Positions 57,171-64,000 of a DNA stretch of 64,000 nt are shown piece by piece. The notes beneath the pieces were generated by a model. It did not search any database. It worked only from the letters and a program-made list of their open reading frames with translations, and had not been told where the DNA came from. The stretch covers positions 1-64,000 of the IMG/VR virus record IMGVR_UViG_3300030108_005444, one strand, 5' to 3'. The stretch is from a virus. How positions within the stretch are numbered: the stretch's first letter is position 1; each line of letters begins with the position of its first letter. Position numbers and translations under genes: made by a program.

Positions 57171-58206
57171 CACCAAACACCGTGTTAATTTGTTGTGTGC
57201 ATCTTACAAAAGTGGCACATTTTGGCATATCTTTTATCCTTTCTGCCCCAATATATGTACAGGAACTCCTTACACCACCTAAAATTTCAGTAATGGTGTG
57301 TTGTACTGGCCCACGATAGGGAATCTGTACAGTTTTGCCTTCTGCACCTCTGTATCCATCTTTGCGTCTACCATGTTTTGCCATTGCTTCATTGGAACTC
57401 ATCCCATAAAATGTTATTTTGCCATCGACTACTTCTCCGCCTGATTCATCATGTCCAGCTAACATACCTCCTAACATAACAAAGTGTGCTCCTGCTCCAA
57501 AGGCTTTAGCAACATCACCTGGATACACACAACCACCATCAGCTATAATATGGCCGCCTATCCCATTAGCTGCGTCAGCACATTCTATGATACCAGATAG
57601 CTGAGGAACGCCAACACCAGTCATGGTCCTTGTGGTGCAGACTGATCCAGGACCAATACCAACTTTCACAACATCTGCTCCTCTGATAATAAGTTCTTCG
57701 GTCATTTCTGCTGTTACTACATTACCTGCTATAATTGTCTTATTTGGATACTGTTCTCTAAGATGTTCAATAAAGTCACCAAAATTTTCATGATACGCAT
57801 TAGCAACATCAACGGTTATGAATTTAATGTCTGGATACATCTCTAGTACTTTTTTAGCAGTGTGATAGTCAACTGCTTCCTTGTCCCAGATGTAAGATGT
57901 ACCTAAACAAACACTGATGTGATTCATGTTAACACCATCGCCAATTGCTTGTTTCCAATCATCTACTAAATTGTGTTTGCCTATCACAGTAAACATTTGT
58001 TCTTGTTGTAGTGCTTTTGCCATGCCAAAAGTTCCAACACCATCCATATTAGATGCCATAATAGGAACTCCCTTCCATTCATTTCCACTATTATGAAAAG
58101 TAAATGTTCTTATAAGATCAACGTCTCTCCTGCTTTCAAGCTTGGATCTTTTAGGCTTGAATAGCACATCTTTGAAATCCAATTTTATATCTTGTTCTAT
58201 TCTCAT
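57160..58206 (-). CDS. guaC: GMP reductase
   Basis: [63 protein letters not shown]. Confidence 0.93.
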   Translation of the reverse strand: MRIEQDIKLDFKDVLFKPKRSKLESRRDVDLIRTFTFHNSGNEWKGVPIMASNMDGVGTFGMAKALQQEQMFTVIGKHNLVDDWKQAIGDGVNMNHISVCLGTSYIWDKEAVDYHTAKKVLEMYPDIKFITVDVANAYHENFGDFIEHLREQYPNKTIIAGNVVTAEMTEELIIRGADVVKVGIGPGSVCTTRTMTGVGVPQLSGIIECADAANGIGGHIIADGGCVYPGDVAKAFGAGAHFVMLGGMLAGHDESGGEVVDGKITFYGMSSNEAMAKHGRRKDGYRGAEGKTVQIPYRGPVQHTITEILGGVRSSCTYIGAERIKDMPKCATFVRCTQQINTVFGDAR

Positions 58207-58796
58207 TTTAATATCTCATATTCAGTCAACAACGGATAGTCTTGATCGCTCCATGTTTTTATTTTTTTTACTTTATACATTTTATCTATGCCTTGTTGAG
58301 CTGTTTCGGGCGTCATGTAATAGTGATACCCAATGGTAGAAATTTTTTGATCATACCAAAGTTTCTGTGAAAAAGGGTCTCTTCCATCGTGACTCATTTG
58401 TTTAAGTATTATATAATCTTTTTCATTGTTACACAATATAGCACCTCCTCTACCGAGCGACAAAGTTTTTTTATACTGAAAACTTAAACACATAAACGAG
58501 TCATTGACATAACCATCCTTTTGCCAGTGTGTTGCGGCATCTATAATATTAGTATTACCAATTGTGTAATAATCTTGCCATGGTTTGTCGTTCCATTTCC
58601 ATGTTAAATTTAATTTTTTAAATGTAATTGGTACTGAAATATATGTTCTGCTCGGGCAAGATACATCATTATAATTTTTATATCTGAGACAAATTTCAAT
58701 GGCATGTGTGCAACAATCTGTGGCCACAGCAAATTTACTCCCCCAAAAAGTTGATAATTGTTTTTCGAAATCTAAGACAGTGTTGAAATCAATCAC
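58203..58796 (-). CDS. Minimal DegT-like PLP-dependent aminotransferase (197 aa)
   Basis: FEKQL..AVATDCCTHAI, IIDAA, CLSFQYKKTL..GRGGAIL, GYHYYM. Confidence 0.75.
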   Translation of the reverse strand: MIDFNTVLDFEKQLSTFWGSKFAVATDCCTHAIEICLRYKNYNDVSCPSRTYISVPITFKKLNLTWKWNDKPWQDYYTIGNTNIIDAATHWQKDGYVNDSFMCLSFQYKKTLSLGRGGAILCNNEKDYIILKQMSHDGRDPFSQKLWYDQKISTIGYHYYMTPETAQQGIDKMYKVKKIKTWSDQDYPLLTEYEILK

Positions 58797-59331
58797 TTTT
58801 CACTCCAGTAACTGTAATTATTAGTCTATTTTCTAATCCTGCGTTGGCGGTGGAATGCCATGTAAGATAAGGCCATGTTAATACATCGCCTTTGCGCCAG
58901 TTTGTAAATGTATGATCTGGAAAGCAAAAACTTTGCCCCCATTTCCAGTTGTCTAAGAATACAACATACCTTTCAACTTTACTTGCCTTTTGATCATCAA
59001 TTTTATTTTTTTGACAGTATCCAATGAAACTATCATAATGAGGATTAGTAAACATTCCTGGTGGTTGATTAATAAAACAAAATGACTTTTTTTCTAAGTT
59101 GAACACACTATCAAATTCATCCCATGGTAAATGTTTGACATCTTTTTGATCTGCGAACGCAATATAGTTACAGTTATTATGTTCGTTATAATAATTTTTT
59201 GTAATTTTAATCACCTCAGGATTTGTAGACAGATCTGGTTTTAGTGTTCTTATACTTGATAAATTTTTAGCAAAAATGTAGAAAGGCTCTAAATTAATTT
59301 TATCAGCAATATTTTTTACTTTGTATTTCAT
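58789..59331 (-). CDS. 2OG-Fe(II) oxygenase/cupin-like protein, paralogue of 56224
   Basis: QPPGMFTNPHYD (HxD), RYVVFLDNW, WHSTANAG..R. Confidence 0.7.
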   Translation of the reverse strand: MKYKVKNIADKINLEPFYIFAKNLSSIRTLKPDLSTNPEVIKITKNYYNEHNNCNYIAFADQKDVKHLPWDEFDSVFNLEKKSFCFINQPPGMFTNPHYDSFIGYCQKNKIDDQKASKVERYVVFLDNWKWGQSFCFPDHTFTNWRKGDVLTWPYLTWHSTANAGLENRLIITVTGVKSD

Positions 59332-60221
59332 TCAACATCTGATAGACTATTAGACACACAGACTCTGTTATGATCGCCGCCTCTGTTAAAATGTTTATAT
59401 TCTTCGCCCCCAATAGCATGGCATATTGAGTTAGTTGGATGTAGAGAATTAAATTTACACACATCAAGATACTTTGTACCATATGTGTTCCATAGCCAAT
59501 CTGGATCAAAAGTTTTAAGTATTTTTTCTCCTACAGCAATAGAGTGTAAGGGTACAGTTTTCCATTTGTTAAAAATATCCAAATTATCATCTCTGTCCTT
59601 GCGTTGAAATCTTATACCTAGTCTTAGTTTATCGATTCCCCAGAAGCCTTTACTCAATGAAAAAGTAATCGTATCTATACAAGGATGGTCAAAGTCAAAT
59701 TCTATGTTTTTAGCCAGTATCATGTACGCACAATCAATTAATACAGGCACACCTTTTATATTACATTGGTCAATAATATTTTCCATTTCTGGATGTTTGT
59801 CTCCTATGTCTGAATAAGGAAGGCTTATAATTACAGCATCATTTTGTTGTATTGTATCATCTTCTAAGTAACAAAAATTATATGAATTGTTTTTACAGTT
59901 CAATCTATGGAATACAAATTCAGCTTTGAATGTTCTGAAGCGTCTATGGTTATACCTAGTAGTAAAATTTATAAATGACTCTGATGTACCCGCTGAATAT
60001 GATACCCAATTAAATTTGTTTAAATTTTTAAGTTTATTAAGTTTGGTTGATTGTATCCAGTCACTGTATGTTTCCTTGTACCTTTGTAAACAGTCATAGT
60101 CAAACATAGTCTGTTCCAAATTTATTTCTAACTGTTTGTAAAAATCAAGCACCCTTTGGCTTGGAATAGGCACTGATCCTTTTATAAAATCTTCGTTAGT
60201 ATCATTAGCATGATACTGCAT
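59328..60221 (-). CDS. PLP-dependent transferase-like protein
   Basis: GTSESF, ISLPYS, VLIDCAY, FSLSKGF..LRLG (fold-type I D-x-A-Y and S-x-S-K motifs). Confidence 0.65.
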   Translation of the reverse strand: MQYHANDTNEDFIKGSVPIPSQRVLDFYKQLEINLEQTMFDYDCLQRYKETYSDWIQSTKLNKLKNLNKFNWVSYSAGTSESFINFTTRYNHRRFRTFKAEFVFHRLNCKNNSYNFCYLEDDTIQQNDAVIISLPYSDIGDKHPEMENIIDQCNIKGVPVLIDCAYMILAKNIEFDFDHPCIDTITFSLSKGFWGIDKLRLGIRFQRKDRDDNLDIFNKWKTVPLHSIAVGEKILKTFDPDWLWNTYGTKYLDVCKFNSLHPTNSICHAIGGEEYKHFNRGGDHNRVCVSNSLSDVE

Positions 60222-60907
60222 TATCTAGGAGCAAACTCTTGCTGAAGTTTGATGTTATCCATAAACTCTTTTTTTGTAGTTTGATCTTGATCAAAAGCGC
60301 CTTTAAGAACTGTTGTTTGTGTCAAACTGGAGTGTGCGTGTATGCCTCTATTTTCACAACATCCATGTGTTGCTTGTATATAAACGCCAACATTTTTTGA
60401 GCCTGTTGCCTTCATTATTTGACGTGCTATTTCATTGTTAAGTTCTTCTTGTAGTGTGCCACGTCTAGCACACCATTGTGCTATTCTAGTATACTTGGAT
60501 AGTCCTATCAATGTGTCCGCGGCTATTATTCCAATGTATGCCACTCCAGCCACTGGCTGATGGTGATGTGAACACAAACTTTTAATTTCACTTCTCACAA
60601 CCAACATGCCACCATAACCATCTTCTACATGATTAGGAAAAGCAGTTGCGTTTGGCATAGGAAAATATCTGCCACGCATCAATTCATTGACATACATCTT
60701 TGCCATCCTTCTTCCTGTGTCTTGCGAGTTGGGATCATTGTGTCTATCAATTATCAAACTGTCAAGCACTGCTTCAAACTTAGGTGTTAGTTCATCAATA
60801 ATTAATTGATGTTCTCCTTCTTTGATGTGTTGTGAAATATTGTCTCCTGCCCAATACCTTGTATCGGATTCTTTCAATCTTTGTTTTATAGTGTCAGTAA
60901 TGTTCAT
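60221..60907 (-). CDS. folE: GTP cyclohydrolase I
   Basis: DTGRRMAKMY, SLCSHHHQP, IGLSKYTRI, QEEL, ATHGCCENRG. Confidence 0.95.
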   Translation of the reverse strand: MNITDTIKQRLKESDTRYWAGDNISQHIKEGEHQLIIDELTPKFEAVLDSLIIDRHNDPNSQDTGRRMAKMYVNELMRGRYFPMPNATAFPNHVEDGYGGMLVVRSEIKSLCSHHHQPVAGVAYIGIIAADTLIGLSKYTRIAQWCARRGTLQEELNNEIARQIMKATGSKNVGVYIQATHGCCENRGIHAHSSLTQTTVLKGAFDQDQTTKKEFMDNIKLQQEFAPR

Positions 60908-60909
60908 CT

Positions 60910-61962
60910 TTATATTATAGTTTCATCTATTGTTTCATACAAGTTTCGTCCATGGAAAAATTCAGTTTGTAATTTTTTCTTTTGCTGTGATATTTTTGAA
61001 ATATACTTAGGATAATTTTCCATATAGTCAACAATTTTATCAATAACTTTTTGTTTATTAAGTTGATAGTGTTGCATGTCTTCTGTCCAGTGGCTAGGAT
61101 ATCGGAAAGCATCAAGAAACATTTCCTTATATGATAATCTATCAGGAACCATTACCATGGTGTCTAGTATTAGTGCTTCATAACCTGATATACCTAATGT
61201 TTCCTGCAGATTAGCGGAAAATACTAACTTTGACTCAGCAAGTAAATTGTGATATTCATATTTTTTGAGTTGTTTTTCTTGACACACCACAAAATTGTAC
61301 TGCGGCAGTGCCTCTTTCAAATCATAAAATATCTCTGGTTGTTTTTCTGGAGCAATACGATGTGGAAAGACGATAGTATTTTTCTTAGTTACACCCTTAT
61401 ATGCTTCCAGTTCAGCGTCGAAATATTCCATTGGCCATCCTGTGCGTACAACTTTTTCTGGTTGCACGTTGTTAAATGTTTTGTTCCATAGTTTTATATG
61501 AAAATCTGTAGCATAAAAATTATGATCATAACATTCAAACATGCTGTGTTCAGCATGTCTTACCCATGGTTTGTCGCCAATCAGTCTGCCAAGAAAGTCT
61601 GCTGGATCATATGAACCAGCATGCCACATGCCGCCAATGCTAATATTAATACCCAACAACTCAGCCATATACCTAAGCTGAATAACAGTTGGATTCCAAG
61701 CGTCAGTGTACAAAAAGTAGTCGCCATCATTAATTTTGCCTTCGCAAAATAAGGTTGCAATTTGTTCCAATTGATTTGATTTGTATACATTGGTTCCTCC
61801 GAAATTTAAAAATGCTCCTGGGGTTGTTGCCTGCGGAGTGTCACCACCTGATATGGTAGTCACCTTGGATTGTGTGTGTTTTTGTATTTGCCATGGCAAA
61901 TACTTTTTCCATTCGGATGTGTATCTTGTTTCTACTGCTTCAATATCAATAATATAAATCAT
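60910..61962 (-). CDS. GT-B fold glycosyltransferase
   Basis: WHAGSYDP, VFPHRIAPEKQPE, SANLQETLGISGYEA (E-x7-E), PDRLSYKEM. Confidence 0.75.
   Translation of the reverse strand: MIYIIDIEAVETRYTSEWKKYLPWQIQKHTQSKVTTISGGDTPQATTPGAFLNFGGTNVYKSNQLEQIATLFCEGKINDGDYFLYTDAWNPTVIQLRYMAELLGINISIGGMWHAGSYDPADFLGRLIGDKPWVRHAEHSMFECYDHNFYATDFHIKLWNKTFNNVQPEKVVRTGWPMEYFDAELEAYKGVTKKNTIVFPHRIAPEKQPEIFYDLKEALPQYNFVVCQEKQLKKYEYHNLLAESKLVFSANLQETLGISGYEALILDTMVMVPDRLSYKEMFLDAFRYPSHWTEDMQHYQLNKQKVIDKIVDYMENYPKYISKISQQKKKLQTEFFHGRNLYETIDETII
60914..60942 (-). promoter_or_regulatory. Sigma70-type promoter immediately before folE
   Basis: TTGTAT(60942-37)-17 bp-TATAAT(60919-14), 6 nt before ATG 60907. Confidence 0.55.
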
Positions 61963-62261
61963 CCGTGTATGCTATCTTCTGGTGCAACAGTTGTATAAGA
62001 AGTTGAAAGATATGTTAATAACTTTGGATCTTTCACCGAAAAACACACTTCACTAAGGCCAGCATCTTCAAAGTAAAAGTCTTTTCCATATTCATACCCT
62101 TTTCTTCCTAAATCGTTTGATACAATACATCCAACATCGAAGTCTGTATAGTTGCCATTCAGTGCTCCGCCTTCTGTCTCATAGTGCCCTTCACGTGTTG
62201 TAGTCTGGTCAGATGAAATTACAATAGTGTGTGCAAACTTATAAGGTCCAGGATTAGACAT
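61959..62261 (-). CDS. Hypothetical protein
   Basis: 100-aa ORF with overlaps at both ends. Confidence 0.6.
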   Translation of the reverse strand: MSNPGPYKFAHTIVISSDQTTTREGHYETEGGALNGNYTDFDVGCIVSNDLGRKGYEYGKDFYFEDAGLSEVCFSVKDPKLLTYLSTSYTTVAPEDSIHG

Positions 62262-62620
62262 CAGTTAACTGCCTTTTTGTAAGTGTTATCACATCCATTT
62301 TCACCGTCTTCGGATACTTCAATCCTTATTTCCCGACCTGGGTGTTTCATTTGTATCTGATGTGCCAGTTCATCCGCAATCATTTCGCATGACTTGTAGT
62401 CAAGTTCAAGAGTGCCTTGATACAATGCTTCTAACCATCTTTTGAACTGTATAAATTCAATATCTCTATCATCATGGAATACTTCTATCCAAACTTTGAA
62501 ATGGAAGATGTGTCTGTGTGGATATCCAAGAAAACTAACATCTTGTAGTTTGGGATCTTCAAGTGCCGCTGGATACTTATGAATACCTTCTTTTTTAAAT
62601 GTTACCCATATTTGTTTCAT
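62261..62620 (-). CDS. QueD/PTPS-like T-fold protein
   Basis: EGIHKY..HRHIFHFKV..DIEF..KSCEMIA..EVSEDGENG (His triad, S-x-E and terminal Glu pattern of 6-carboxy-tetrahydropterin synthases). Confidence 0.7.
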   Translation of the reverse strand: MKQIWVTFKKEGIHKYPAALEDPKLQDVSFLGYPHRHIFHFKVWIEVFHDDRDIEFIQFKRWLEALYQGTLELDYKSCEMIADELAHQIQMKHPGREIRIEVSEDGENGCDNTYKKAVN

Positions 62621-63129
62621 ATTATTTCATCATCTCCATATTCATTCCAATCAGTAAAATGTTTGTCATCGATCATATCCCTCACTGACCAACACCATAT
62701 GCCAGGATTTGTTGCTTTGAAATCAGCGTCATCTAACTTAATAATAACGTTTCCTTTCATATCCATGATATTGTCCATTCGTATACCATATACTAACGTA
62801 AATTTAGGATTTGTCAATAGTGTTAAGATGTTATCAAATCTAGATGCAGGATTTGTGTCCATGGTGACATAATATCCTTTATTTAGAAAATATTTTAATT
62901 GTCCAGCAATAGATTCAACTTCTGAGCCATCTAAAACTTTGTAAGAGTGATTTGCTCCAAAATAAATGTGTTTACATTTATATTTCTCTGCGTATCTCAT
63001 TACTTTAGCAGTCTTTTGTAATCCAACCACAAACAGAGTGTGCATTCCTTCAGTGGCAGTTTTTTCTACTTCTTGTCCAACAAAAAAATGTGCGTTTTCT
63101 TTTATACCGTCTTTGTAATCACGTTTCAT
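62617..63129 (-). CDS. Hypothetical protein in the deazaguanine locus
   Basis: FFVGQEVEKT..TLFVVG..HIYFGANHS..IKLDDADFKATNPGIWC; start inferred at MKRDY. Confidence 0.65.
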   Translation of the reverse strand: MKRDYKDGIKENAHFFVGQEVEKTATEGMHTLFVVGLQKTAKVMRYAEKYKCKHIYFGANHSYKVLDGSEVESIAGQLKYFLNKGYYVTMDTNPASRFDNILTLLTNPKFTLVYGIRMDNIMDMKGNVIIKLDDADFKATNPGIWCWSVRDMIDDKHFTDWNEYGDDEII

Positions 63130-63319
63130 CTTTATCCAACTCCGCAAGTATTTCTTTGTAGCGTAATTTAAGTTTTTTAGCATCTAGCAGTTCGGCTTTA
63201 TGAGCCCATTCTCTAACTTTCTCGCGTTGTGCCTCCATTTGTTTAACTTTCTTTTTTAATATCTTAAGTTCTTGTTTTATTTCAGCTTTTGTCATTACTG
63301 TTGAATCATTGTGTAACAT
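63119..63319 (-). CDS. Small coiled-coil hypothetical protein
   Basis: 66 aa, K/E-rich; TAATG-coupled to the dpdA-like gene. Confidence 0.55.
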   Translation of the reverse strand: MLHNDSTVMTKAEIKQELKILKKKVKQMEAQREKVREWAHKAELLDAKKLKLRYKEILAELDKDET

Positions 63320-64000
63320 TATACCTCCTCAAACAGATTGTTAAATTGTGTTGACGCATTTACTGTTTTTTTTCCTGTGGCTCCTCTTGTTCCTATAATA
63401 CTCATCCAATATTTTGTGTACTCTTCAATTATAGCATCTGCTATAGATCTGTCACTAGTAGAAAATATTGCTTCAACTATATCCTTGAACATGATTCTAT
63501 CAAAAGTTTCATTTACCAACATATTTGGAATTTTTCCATTGTCATACTGCCTGTTTGCTTCTTGTACAGAGTTAATGTGCATCCAAACATTGTGTCCCAT
63601 GAGTATGGCATAAGAAAAAGAATCCCATGAAGTTTTCCCTTCTTTACCAATTTTATTTAGATCGCCTGGAGCATAAACACACACATCTTTAGCAAGTAAT
63701 CCTTTGGTAATAGGAGACTCCAAAAAGGAGTTGTGTTTTCCTTCTCTTACGAATGCTTTACTGAATGACGTGCTGTCTGTTGCTAACTTTTTATCATCAA
63801 TTGATGGAACCATTCTGTACACCCATTTAGATCTGTCTTCAGTTTCAATTTGACAATACACTTGACCATTTGCTGTAGCAAGAAAGGGAGAAGCACAATC
63901 AAATGTAACAGTAAAATTAGGATTGTGATATTTCCTTACTGCCCTTTGGATGTCTGTCAAAAGTGTTGCCCATTCAAGTTTTGATGTACCTAAAAAGTGC
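63319..64000 (-). CDS. dpdA: TGT-fold DNA deazapurine transglycosylase (DpdA-like), C-terminal part; 5' end lies outside the window
   Basis: Frame is open to the window edge: HFLGTSKLEW...VTFDCASPF, matching the TGT-family H-x-L-G and catalytic D-S/C motifs; folE/queD/queE context. Confidence 0.7.
   Translation of the reverse strand, partial: HFLGTSKLEWATLLTDIQRAVRKYHNPNFTVTFDCASPFLATANGQVYCQIETEDRSKWVYRMVPSIDDKKLATDSTSFSKAFVREGKHNSFLESPITKGLLAKDVCVYAPGDLNKIGKEGKTSWDSFSYAILMGHNVWMHINSVQEANRQYDNGKIPNMLVNETFDRIMFKDIVEAIFSTSDRSIADAIIEEYTKYWMSIIGTRGATGKKTVNASTQFNNLFEEV

Noticed and set aside
1-64000. tRNA, rRNA, CRISPR array, intron/intein or transposase
   Set aside because: Intergenic gaps are under about 100 bp and are explained by promoters; no cloverleaf, spaced repeats, or splicing/mobility motifs were recognised by eye.
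1-64000. Alternative genetic code (stop-codon reassignment), as in some jumbo phages
   Set aside because: Genes are full length and tightly packed under the standard code, with TAA, TAG and TGA all used as stops.

Overview
AT-rich, gene-dense 64 kb segment of a large (probably jumbo) tailed phage with a T4-like contractile tail. Positions 1-26 kb (mostly + strand) are virion genes: gp5-like hub C-terminus, PAAR, gp25, gp6, a 4259-aa giant baseplate/tail protein and several tail fibres. Positions 26-42.6 kb form a large glyco-tailoring cluster: glycosyltransferase-like genes, five tandem radical SAM paralogues, a methyltransferase, a carbamoyltransferase, a DegT aminotransferase and an NDP-sugar epimerase. 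Positions 42.6-64 kb (- strand) hold an RNA polymerase omega homologue, a MoxR/VWA pair, glutaredoxin, RNase H and a 7-deazaguanine DNA-modification locus (dpdA-like, queD-like, folE, queE). That locus is interleaved with a glycosyltransferase, an amidinotransferase, PLP enzymes, 2OG-Fe(II) oxygenases, guaC and a phosphoribosyltransferase. The main candidate novelties are: (i) a possible phage-encoded virion glycosylation system, pairing recurrent D-S-[S/T]/DDST motifs in virion proteins with aminoglycoside-like tailoring enzymes; (ii) a possibly hypermodified deazaguanine base; (iii) systematic TAAATA-N6-ATG, probably leaderless, late genes; (iv) two small ORFs missed by the ORF track. All product calls come from motif recognition by eye, and no database searches were run.
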